Source: an uncultured Desulfohalobiaceae bacterium | GTDB lineage: Bacteria; Desulfobacterota; Desulfovibrionia; Desulfovibrionales; CAZUBS01 | DNA: 64,000 nt | Direction: 5' to 3' | Assembly: GCA_964594925.1 (NCBI GenBank) | Contig: CAZQOG010000001.1 | Coordinates: 3,239-67,238 of the forward strand | Part shown: piece after piece, positions 7,985-15,357 of the stretch | Layout: the number at the start of each line of letters is the position of its first letter | How positions within the stretch are numbered: position 1 is the first letter of the stretch | Notes under the pieces: generated by a model | Database searches by the model: none | What the model was told of the DNA's origin: nothing | What the model saw: only the letters and a program-made list of their open reading frames with translations | Translations under genes and position numbers: made by a program

Positions 7985-9073
7985 CTACTCATGATGCTCA
8001 AACGTCCTGAACCCGCTGGTCTTGCAAAGGTGGTCGCGTTGGGCTTCTTTGAGGTCTTCGCGGACCATGGTCTCCACGAGCTCGTCAAAGCTGACCTCGG
8101 CCTGCCAGCCGAGCTTTTCCCTGGCCTTTGAGGGGTCGCCGAGCAGGAAGTCGACCTCGGTGGGGCGAAAGTAGCGCGGGTCGATGGAGACGACCTCCCG
8201 GCCGGTCTCCTGGTTCCTGCCCACTTCCTCGAGCCCCGTGCCTTCCCAGGCCAGGCCGATGCCCACCTTGGCAAAGGCCCGCTCCACGAAATCCCGCACC
8301 GAGTAGGTCTCCCCGGTGGCCACCACAAAGTCCTCTGGCCTGTCCTGCTGGAGCATGAGCCACATGGCCCGGACAAAGTCCCTGGCGTGGCCCCAGTCCC
8401 GCTTGGAGTCGAGGTTGCCCAGGTAGAGCTTGTCCTGCAGCCCCAGGCGGATACGGGCCACGGCGCGGGTGATCTTGCGGGTCACGAAGGTCTCCCCCCG
8501 CACCGGGGACTCGTGGTTGAAGAGGATGCCGTTGCAGGCGAACATGCCGTAGGCTTCGCGGTAGTTGACCGTGATCCAGTAGGCGTAGACCTTGGCCGCC
8601 CCGTAAGGGCTGCGGGGGTAGAAGGGCGTTGTCTCGGTCTGGGGGGTCTCCACCACCTTACCGTACATCTCGCTGGTGGAGGCCTGGTAGAACCGCGTTG
8701 TTTCGGCCAGCCCCAGGATGCGAATGGCCTCGAGCAGGCGCAGGGTGCCCAGGGCGTCGGAGTTGGCAGTGTACTCCGGGGTCTCGAAGGAGACCTGCAC
8801 GTGGCTCTGGGCGGCCAGGTTGTAGATCTCGTCCGGCTGGACCTCCTGGATGACTCGGATCAGGTTGGTGGCGTCGGTCAGGTCGCCGTAGTGCATGAAG
8901 AAGCGCACGTCCTCCTCGTGGGGGTCCTGGTAGAGATGGTCCACCCGGGAGGAGTTGAAGGAGGAGGAGCGCCGCTTGATGCCGTGCACCACATACCCCT
9001 TGCCCAGCAGAAGCTCCGCCAGATACGCCCCGTCCTGCCCGGTGATGCCGGTGATGAGTGCTGTTTTGGACAT
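7985..9073 (-). CDS. gmd: GDP-mannose 4,6-dehydratase
   Basis: 362 aa. [40 protein letters not shown]...[13 protein letters not shown] is nearly collinear with E. coli Gmd. Confidence 0.95.
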   Translation of the reverse strand: MSKTALITGITGQDGAYLAELLLGKGYVVHGIKRRSSSFNSSRVDHLYQDPHEEDVRFFMHYGDLTDATNLIRVIQEVQPDEIYNLAAQSHVQVSFETPEYTANSDALGTLRLLEAIRILGLAETTRFYQASTSEMYGKVVETPQTETTPFYPRSPYGAAKVYAYWITVNYREAYGMFACNGILFNHESPVRGETFVTRKITRAVARIRLGLQDKLYLGNLDSKRDWGHARDFVRAMWLMLQQDRPEDFVVATGETYSVRDFVERAFAKVGIGLAWEGTGLEEVGRNQETGREVVSIDPRYFRPTEVDFLLGDPSKAREKLGWQAEVSFDELVETMVREDLKEAQRDHLCKTSGFRTFEHHE

Positions 9074-9117
9074 GGTTTTTCTGTAGGTTAATGATTCTTG
9101 TTAAGAAAGGCTGAGAT

Positions 9118-9243
9118 GCAGTCCACGAATCTACACGAATGAAGAAATGAATTTTCACTAAAGAAGACCAGGTTTTTTCGCGAAGCCCCAGGACCTTATT
9201 CGTGTCAATTCGTGCAAATTCGTGAAAATTCGTGGTCCTGCCC
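9118..9243. repeat. inverted decamer-array element (family E), copy 1
   Basis: ATTCGTG at 9198, 9208, 9218 and 9228 (exact 10-bp phase). The inverse CACGAAT is at 9124 and 9134. Homologous element at 19343-19517. Fills the manC-gmd gap. Confidence 0.8.
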
Positions 9244-9251
9244 TTCTGCCT

Positions 9252-10667
9252 TTACTCCTCCAATCTCCCAAAATCATCCTCCAAACGCACAATATCGTCT
9301 TCTCCCAAATAGGAGCCGGACTGGACCTCGATCAGCTCCAGGGGGATCTTGCCCGGGTTTTCCAGGCGGTGCACCGCGCCCAGGGGGATGTAGACCGATT
9401 CATCCTCCTTGACCACCAGGGTTTCCTGGTCCCTGGTGACCTTGGCCGTGCCCGAGACCACCACCCAGTGCTCGGCCCGGTGGAAGTGCTTCTGCAGGGA
9501 CAGCTTGGCCCCGGGCTTGACCGTGATGCGCTTGACCTGGAAACGGTCCTCGGCGTCCACGCCCTCGAAGGAGCCCCAGGGGCGGTAGACGCGGCGGTGG
9601 AAGAGGTGCTCGCCCCTGCCGCACGAGGTCAGCTGCCGCACCAGCTCCTTGACCTCCTGCACCTTGTCCCTGGAGGCCACCAGGACCGCGTCCGGGGTCT
9701 CCACCACCACGTGGTTCGAGACACCGGTCACGGCCACCAGCCTGGAGGCGGCGTGGACATAGCAGTCCGTGACCTCGTGCACCAGGACGTCGCCGATGGT
9801 CACGTTGCCCGAGTCGTTCTTCTGCCCCACCTGCCACAGGGCCTCCCAGGAGCCAAGATCGTTCCAACCCGCTTCCAGGGGCAGCACCACCCCCTTGTCC
9901 GTCTTCTCCATGATGGCGTAGTCGATGGAGTCGCTTGGAGAACGCTCGAACCACTCCCGGTCCAGGCGCAGGAAGTCGAGATCCACTCTCCCTCGGGCCA
10001 GGGCTTCCCCGCAGGCCGCGAGCGTGTCCGGGGCGTGGGCCTGGTACTCATCGAGCAGGGTTTGGGCCCGGAACAAAAACATGCCGCTGTTCCAGAGGTA
10101 GCGGCCCGATTCCAGGTAGGAGCCGGCCGTGGCCCGGTCGGGCTTTTCCACGAAGCTGTCGATGCGACGCGCCCTGCCAGTAACGGGCTCCCCGAACCGG
10201 ATGTAGCCGTAGCCGGTCTCGGGTGTCCGGGGCACGATGCCGAAGGTGACCAGCAGCCCCTCCCCGGCCAGGGGGACGCCCTCCCGCACGCAGGAGATGA
10301 ATGCCGAGGCGTCCTCGATGTAGTGGTCTGCGGGCAGGACCAGGATGAGCGATTCCGGGTCCAGCTCGCGGGCCTTGAGCGCGGCCACGGCCACGGCCGG
10401 GGCGGTGTTGCGCACGGCCGGCTCCAGCAGGATGGCCGCGGGCTCCACCCCGGCTGTCCGGAGCTGCTCTGCCACCATGAAGCGGTGGTCCTCGTTGCAC
10501 AGCACCAGAGGCGCGTGGGTCCCGTCCAGCTCCTGCAGCCTGAGCACGGTCTCCTGCAGCATGGTGCGCTCGCCGGTGAAGGGGATGAGCTGCTTGGGGT
10601 AGTGCTTGCGGGACAGGGGCCACAACCGCGTGCCGGAACCCCCGGCCAGTATCACGGGAATGATCAT
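9252..10667 (-). CDS. manC: mannose-1-phosphate guanylyltransferase / mannose-6-phosphate isomerase (type II PMI-GMP)
   Basis: Track ORF trimmed to the ATG at 10667 (MIIPVILAGGSGTRLWPLSRKHYPKQL). C-terminal cupin (HRAEHWVVVSGTAKV). The upstream 53 codons are translated repeat sequence. Confidence 0.9.
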   Translation of the reverse strand: MIIPVILAGGSGTRLWPLSRKHYPKQLIPFTGERTMLQETVLRLQELDGTHAPLVLCNEDHRFMVAEQLRTAGVEPAAILLEPAVRNTAPAVAVAALKARELDPESLILVLPADHYIEDASAFISCVREGVPLAGEGLLVTFGIVPRTPETGYGYIRFGEPVTGRARRIDSFVEKPDRATAGSYLESGRYLWNSGMFLFRAQTLLDEYQAHAPDTLAACGEALARGRVDLDFLRLDREWFERSPSDSIDYAIMEKTDKGVVLPLEAGWNDLGSWEALWQVGQKNDSGNVTIGDVLVHEVTDCYVHAASRLVAVTGVSNHVVVETPDAVLVASRDKVQEVKELVRQLTSCGRGEHLFHRRVYRPWGSFEGVDAEDRFQVKRITVKPGAKLSLQKHFHRAEHWVVVSGTAKVTRDQETLVVKEDESVYIPLGAVHRLENPGKIPLELIEVQSGSYLGEDDIVRLEDDFGRLEE

Positions 10668-10747
10668 GGTATTCCGTTTGGCTGAATGTTCATGGATTTC
10701 ACCGTGTACCCCCAAACCAAGCGCCATTGCAACCGCGAAGCAGGGGG

Positions 10748-10972
10748 AAGAAGAGCTGGAAGCTGGAAGCTGGAAGCAAGAGAGTTCGAAGTTGGAAGTT
10801 CGAAGTCGGAAGGTAGGATAATGCAAGCTGAAAGCTCAAAGCTGAAAGCAAGAGAGTTCGAAGTTGGAAGTTCGAAGTCGGAAGGAAGGATAATGCAAGC
10901 TGAAAGCTCAAAGCTCAAAGCTGAAAGCAGGAGAGTTCGAAGTTGGAAGTTCGAAGTCGGAAGGTAGGAGAG
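10748..10972 (+). repeat. three tandem composite units (72 and 79 bp period) of heptad repeats
   Basis: The core AGTTCGAAGTTGGAAGTTCGAAGTCGGAAGG recurs at 10783, 10855 and 10934. Each is preceded by (R)AAGCTN heptads plus GCAAGAG and followed by TAGGATAATGCA. Confidence 0.85.
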
Positions 10973-11026
10973 AGGCAGGCTCACCTTTCCTGGGTAGACA
11001 AAATCTCGTCCAGCGAATGACGTATT

Positions 11027-11126
11027 TCTGGTAGGGGCGGCTGGTAGCCGCCCTGCCTTTGGTCGCAACCTCGTGCTGGAACCAAGCCCCGGCCAAAGAA
11101 GGGCGCGCACCACGTTCCCCTGCCAG
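11027..11126. repeat. REPIN-like element (family C), second hairpin degenerate
   Basis: TCTGGTAGGGGCGGCTGGTAGCCGCCCTGCCTTTGGTCG...GGGCGCGCACCACGTTCCCCTGCCAG. Confidence 0.65.
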
Positions 11127-11286
11127 CGTGAGGTTGTTCGACAGTATGTTGGTTTACTAAGGCTACCCAGCGATTTGTGTCTCTGTCCGTCTATGGGATT
11201 CTTCCCTTGAACTGTGGGCGGCACGGGGGTATAGGGGGCGGTAGGCCGGGAAAGCAGACCGGGACACTCGTTTCAGGAGGGGGACG

Positions 11287-11946
11287 ATGACTGCCTCGCC
11301 CAATCGGCAACGCCTCGTAGCCGGGCAGATTGCCGAGACCAAGCGCATCATGCTGGCCATCCGCAACTCACTGCCCCAGAACGGCCACACCAGCGTGCTG
11401 CTCACCAGCGCCCTGCCCGGCGAGGGCAAGAGCCTCATGACTTCAGGCCTGGCCTCTGCCGCCGCCCAGACCCTGGGAAAGATCCTGGCTGTGGACATGA
11501 ACTGGCACCGGCCCACCCTGCACCAATGGTTTGACCTGTCACCCTGGTTCGGCCTTGAGGAGCTTCGCGGGACACCGAACGCACCAGCGCTTGCCAGGCC
11601 TTCCGGGATCGAAAACCTGGACATTCTGCCCGCGCCGCAAGCCATCCAGGACCTGGCCGGGATAAACGGCAACACCTTTGACCTGGCCCGGAACATCCTG
11701 GACCAGTGCCGCAAGGAGTATGACCTGGTGGTGGTTGACGGAGCGCCTGTCTTCCCCACCAACCGGTGCATGATGGATCCGGTAGGGCTGGCCGGGCTGT
11801 GCAGCGGCGTGGCCCTGGTGGTCCGGGCCGAGCAGACCCCCCGCCAGGATGTCAAACGCGCCCAGAAGATCCTGGAAACCGCCGGCGCCAGGACCATCGG
11901 AATCATCATGAACCATGGCCGGCCCCACACTGGTACGCGGGAATAA
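11287..11946 (+). CDS. CpsD/CapB-like P-loop ATPase (BY-kinase catalytic-domain family)
   Basis: 219 aa. SALPGEGKSLMTSGLA Walker A-like, DLVVVDGAP Walker B-like. SD AGGAGGGGG upstream. Confidence 0.65.
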   Translation: MTASPNRQRLVAGQIAETKRIMLAIRNSLPQNGHTSVLLTSALPGEGKSLMTSGLASAAAQTLGKILAVDMNWHRPTLHQWFDLSPWFGLEELRGTPNAPALARPSGIENLDILPAPQAIQDLAGINGNTFDLARNILDQCRKEYDLVVVDGAPVFPTNRCMMDPVGLAGLCSGVALVVRAEQTPRQDVKRAQKILETAGARTIGIIMNHGRPHTGTRE

Positions 11947-12031
11947 TGCTGACCAATAGCACAACAAGCATGCTGCTTTTCACGCAGAGGATCAACGCGA
12001 CGGACCCAGTCCACGACCCTGGGGGGAGACC

Positions 12032-12811
12032 ATGACCAGCATAGAGTACGTTTGGGGGAGATGCCTGCACGGCGTGGCCCGGCGCAAGGTGTGGCTGCTG
12101 CTGGCCCTGGTGCCGGTGGCCACCTTTGTGCTGTCGGCCGCGGCCACTCCCGACCGCTTCCTGGTCACCAAGGACCTCACTGCCGAGCACCAGGCCCCGG
12201 TGTCCGTTCCGAGCCACCCCCTGCGCACCACCACCGTGGCCGACGTGCTCACGGATCCCCAGGACCTCTTTCTGGACCGATTTGCCCTGACCATGCTCAA
12301 GGAGCGGCTGGATGCCGACATGCCAGAGCTCGGCCTGGATACCCTGGCCGCAGTGCGGGGGAGGGTCGGGCAAACCATGAGCATCCAGGGCGTGGGTGAG
12401 AACGGCATCCGCGTGGCCTTCAAGGGACGAAACCGCGACCTGGGCCGGGACCTGGTCGGCTTCTACGCCCAGCGCATGCAGGAACGGGTGCGCGAAGGGC
12501 ACCAGCGCCTGACCCGGAACCGGAACGTGTCCGGGGTCCAAACCCGGGACGGCGACCTGAGCCCGCTGGTGGCACCGCTGGGCAGCATCCAGGTCGAGGA
12601 ACAGCGCAGCCTGTGGCGCGCGGAGCGCACCGTACCGGCCCTGACCTTCTTCATCCTCTCCCTGGCCCTGGTGGTCCTGGTCCTCCTGGCCATGGAGTGG
12701 AGCGACCCCTCCTTCAAGACCGAGCGCCAGGCCGCCCGCTACCTCGACCTCCCCATCCTGGGAACCCTCCCGGACATACAGAATCTGAGCCGTTCCTTGG
12801 GGGAAGGGTAA
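12032..12811 (+). CDS. polysaccharide co-polymerase (Wzz/PCP)-like membrane protein
   Basis: 259 aa. One TM near each end (VWLLLALVPVATFVLSAAA; ALTFFILSLALVVLVLLAM). C-terminal RYLDLPILGTLPD resembles the PCP-to-kinase linker. Confidence 0.5.
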   Translation: MTSIEYVWGRCLHGVARRKVWLLLALVPVATFVLSAAATPDRFLVTKDLTAEHQAPVSVPSHPLRTTTVADVLTDPQDLFLDRFALTMLKERLDADMPELGLDTLAAVRGRVGQTMSIQGVGENGIRVAFKGRNRDLGRDLVGFYAQRMQERVREGHQRLTRNRNVSGVQTRDGDLSPLVAPLGSIQVEEQRSLWRAERTVPALTFFILSLALVVLVLLAMEWSDPSFKTERQAARYLDLPILGTLPDIQNLSRSLGEG

Positions 12812-12817
12812 AGGGGG

Positions 12818-14125
12818 CTACAACCTCCACAAAGGAACGCCTTGGCGTTGCAACGCCCCCGGGTCGAGGATGGACTTGATGTCCACCACCCCGCCGCCCG
12901 GGAGCAGGCGCTCGAGCATGGCCTCCACCGGCATGTCCCGGTAGAACTGGTGCGCCACGGCCAGCACCAGGCCGTGGCACTGCGCGACCTTCTCCCAGGG
13001 GATCAGGTCAATGTTGTAAAAACGCCTGGCCTCTTCCGGGTCGGCCAGGGGGTCGTGCACCAGGACCTCGATGCCGTAGGAAGCGAGCTCGCGCACGATC
13101 TCCACGGCCCGGGTGTTGCGCAGGTCAGGGCAGTTCTCCTTGAAGGTCAGGCCGAGCATTGCCACGGTACAGCCCTTGACCCCGCGCCCGGCATGGATGA
13201 GCTGCTTGACCACCTTCTCCACCACGAACTTGGCCATGTTGTCGTTGATGCGCCTGCCGGCCAGGATGACCTGGGGATGGTACCCCAGGGACTCCGCCTT
13301 GAAGGTCAGGTAGTAGGGGTCCACCCCGATGCAGTGCCCGCCCACCAGCCCGGGGCTGAAGGGCAGGAAGTTCCACTTGCTCCCAGCGGCCTGGAGCACC
13401 TCCTGGGTGTCGATATCAAGCTTGTCGAAGATCAGGGCCAGCTCGTTCATGAGCGCGATGTTCAGGTCCCGCTGGGTGTTCTCGATGACCTTGGCCGCCT
13501 CGGCCACCTTGATGCTTGAGGCCCGGTGCACGCCCGCCTCCACCACGCTGGAGTAGATGCTGTCCAGCAGATCCAGGGTGGCCTGGTCCTGCCCGGCCAC
13601 CACCTTGACGATGGTCTCCAGGCGGTGCACCCGGTCGCCCGGGTTGATGCGCTCCGGGGAGTAGCCCACGGTGAAGTCCCTGCCGCAGGAAAGCCCGGAG
13701 TGCTCCTCCAGGAGGGGCACGCACACCTCCTGGGTCAGCCCGGGATAGACCGTGGACTCGTAGACCACCACGCTGCCGGGGCTCAGGTTTTGGCCGACCG
13801 TGACCGAGGCCCCGACTATGGGTTTCAGGTCGGGGATGCGGTGGTCGTCGATGGGGGTGGGCACGGCCACGATGATCACCCCGGCCCGCTCGAGTGCGGC
13901 CGGGTCGGTCGTAAACTCCACGGCCGCGCCGGCAAGGACATCGTCCTCCACCTCCCTGGTCCGGTCCCGCCCCTGGATGAGCTCCCGGACACGGGATCCG
14001 GAGATGTCGAACCCGATGACCCGGAAATGCCGCGCCAGGGCCACGGCCAAAGGCAACCCCACATACCCCAGGCCGACAACGGCAATGGGAGTGGCGCGCG
14101 AGGAAAGCTCGTCAAAGGAGATCAT
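12818..14125 (-). CDS. UDP-N-acetyl-hexosamine 6-dehydrogenase (TviB/WbpO/CapL-like nucleotide-sugar dehydrogenase)
   Basis: 435 aa. VVGLGYVGLPLAVALA NAD motif, catalytic-Cys region GLVGGHCIGVDPYY. Confidence 0.85.
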   Translation of the reverse strand: MISFDELSSRATPIAVVGLGYVGLPLAVALARHFRVIGFDISGSRVRELIQGRDRTREVEDDVLAGAAVEFTTDPAALERAGVIIVAVPTPIDDHRIPDLKPIVGASVTVGQNLSPGSVVVYESTVYPGLTQEVCVPLLEEHSGLSCGRDFTVGYSPERINPGDRVHRLETIVKVVAGQDQATLDLLDSIYSSVVEAGVHRASSIKVAEAAKVIENTQRDLNIALMNELALIFDKLDIDTQEVLQAAGSKWNFLPFSPGLVGGHCIGVDPYYLTFKAESLGYHPQVILAGRRINDNMAKFVVEKVVKQLIHAGRGVKGCTVAMLGLTFKENCPDLRNTRAVEIVRELASYGIEVLVHDPLADPEEARRFYNIDLIPWEKVAQCHGLVLAVAHQFYRDMPVEAMLERLLPGGGVVDIKSILDPGALQRQGVPLWRL

Positions 14126-14158
14126 GGAAATTCCTTAAAAGGATTGAGGTGGAGGTTG

Positions 14159-14301
14159 GTTTATGTTTTAGGTTTTAGGTTTTAGGTGAAGAGGATGTGG
14201 TAATGAGTTATGGTGGGAGCTGTTGCCCTTGCAATGAAAAAAAAATGAACCCATTCCACTGATTCCTCTTAACATAAAACATAAAACCTAAAACATAAAA
14301 C
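14159..14301. repeat. gene-less (GTTTTAG)n / (CTAAAAC)n hairpin element
   Basis: Left arm 14159-14186 is GTTTAT(GTTTTAG)3G followed by TGAAGAGG. Right arm CCTCTT + AACATAAAACATAAAACCTAAAACATAAAAC is at 14265-14301. Extra AAACATAAAACC at 14317-14328. Lies between the dehydrogenase start and the cysQ stop. Confidence 0.8.
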
Positions 14302-14341
14302 TTCTTCTCTCTTCCAAACATAAAACCAAAAAGCAATTTCT

Positions 14342-15148
14342 TTACGCTACAACAAACCACGGGTTGTGCAGGTCCGGCTTGTTGTAGGTCATTGGCAGGC
14401 CGGTTTCGTGCTCGGTCACTGTTTTGCCCGCACCTTCGGCCACGGCCTGACCGGCTGCGGTGTCCCACTCCATTGTCGGTCCGAACCTGGGATAGAGGTC
14501 GGCCCGGCCCTCGGCCACCAGACAGAACTTGAGGGAGCTGCCCGCCGGGGTCATGGTCAGGTCCGGGTGGCGCTCGCGCTGCTCATCGAGGAACCCTTCC
14601 AGATCGGGTGAGGGATGGGAGCGGCTGCCCACCACGGTGAAGGCGCGCTCCTCCACCCCCTCCAGGGGCAGCTTCTCGGCCCCGGCGAGCAAGGCCGGCA
14701 GGTCCTTGTCAAAGACCTCCCGGCCGGACCTCCAGCGGTAGGCCCCCTGCCCTGGAACACCCAGATAGACCAGCTCCCTGACCGGCACCACCACGACCCC
14801 GAACTCGGGGCGGCCGTTGTTTATGCAGGCGATGTTCACGGTGAACTCCCCGTTTCTCTTCACGAACTCCTTGGTGCCGTCCAGGGGGTCCACCAGCCAG
14901 AAACGCTTCCAGGTGGAGCGCTCCTCATAAGGCACCTGGGCACCCTCCTCGCTCAGAAGGGGCAGGGAGGTGTCAGCCAGCCGCTCCTTGATCACAGCGT
15001 GGGAGCGCTGGTCAGCCATGGTCAGGGGGGACGCGTCCTCCTTGTACTCCACGGCGAACTCCCCGCCATAGACCCGCATCACCGCCTCCCCAGCCTCGAC
15101 AGCAGCCCGCACCGCGAGCAGGATTTGTTCGGATTGTGTGTCGGTCAT
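14342..15148 (-). CDS. cysQ: 3'(2'),5'-bisphosphate nucleotidase
   Basis: 268 aa. WLVDPLDGTKEF and inositol-monophosphatase-family layout. Adjacent to the PAPS-synthesis gene. Confidence 0.85.
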   Translation of the reverse strand: MTDTQSEQILLAVRAAVEAGEAVMRVYGGEFAVEYKEDASPLTMADQRSHAVIKERLADTSLPLLSEEGAQVPYEERSTWKRFWLVDPLDGTKEFVKRNGEFTVNIACINNGRPEFGVVVVPVRELVYLGVPGQGAYRWRSGREVFDKDLPALLAGAEKLPLEGVEERAFTVVGSRSHPSPDLEGFLDEQRERHPDLTMTPAGSSLKFCLVAEGRADLYPRFGPTMEWDTAAGQAVAEGAGKTVTEHETGLPMTYNKPDLHNPWFVVA

Positions 15149-15197
15149 TGTTTTGATGCCGGTTATTTGATGATTGATTGGTTGATTGGGTGCAAGT

Positions 15198-15350
15198 GAT
15201 TTATGTTTTAGGTTTTAGGTTTTAGGTTTTAGGTTTTAGGTTGAAGAGGTTAGGGAGGTTGGAGGATAGTTTTCGCTTATTGTGAGGCAAGAGCGCTTTA
15301 AGCTGAAGGATCCTAAATCTCCTCTTTCCCTAAAACCTAAAACATAAAAC
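15198..15350. repeat. gene-less (GTTTTAG)n / (CTAAAAC)n hairpin element
   Basis: Left arm 15198-15240 is GATTTAT(GTTTTAG)5G followed by TTGAAGAGG. Right arm CCTCTTT + CCTAAAACCTAAAACATAAAAC is at 15321-15350. Lies between the cysQ start and the sat-cysC stop. Confidence 0.8.
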
Positions 15351-15357
15351 ATTCCCC

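Noticed and set aside
9222-10685. Long antisense ORFs opposite well-supported genes. Examples: 9222..10685 (+), 19397..21421 (+), 24347..25420 (-), 26852..28201 (-), 55660..56811 (-), 57578..59767 (+), 60228..62303 (-).
   Set aside because: They are typical GC-rich shadow ORFs with Gly/Arg/Pro/His/Leu-rich low-complexity translations and no motifs. In each case the opposite strand encodes a protein with clear family signatures.
10668-10826. N-terminal extensions and small ORFs that translate repeat DNA (SFQLPASSFEL, LEAGSWKLEA, GFFNGLL, DYDNDNDN strings). These include the track starts of manC (10826), mntA (3675), the kinase-like gene (19362) and the Wza-like gene (23566).
   Set aside because: The peptide strings recur wherever the nucleotide repeats occur, in all frames and on both strands. 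Internal starts restore canonical N-termini (MIIPVILAGGSGTRLWP, MAESQEHV, MSKIAKALEK, and MKNICAC with a signal peptide).
10748-10972. Possible CRISPR array (regularly spaced repeats of about 72-79 bp period).
   Set aside because: The whole unit is repeated, including what would be the spacers. The units are built from heptad microsatellites. No cas genes lie in the window. Tandem duplication of a family A element fits better.
11163-12014. 283-aa minus-strand ORF overlapping the P-loop ATPase gene.
   Set aside because: Its Arg/Ser/Pro/Trp-rich translation has no motifs. The + strand ORF has Walker motifs and a strong SD.
7344-15350. GTTTTAG tandem heptamers resembling telomere-type repeats or the 5' end of some CRISPR repeats.
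   Set aside because: The arrays are internal, only 3-5 units long, and always paired with an inverted CTAAAAC array to form hairpins. There is no spacer structure and no terminal location.
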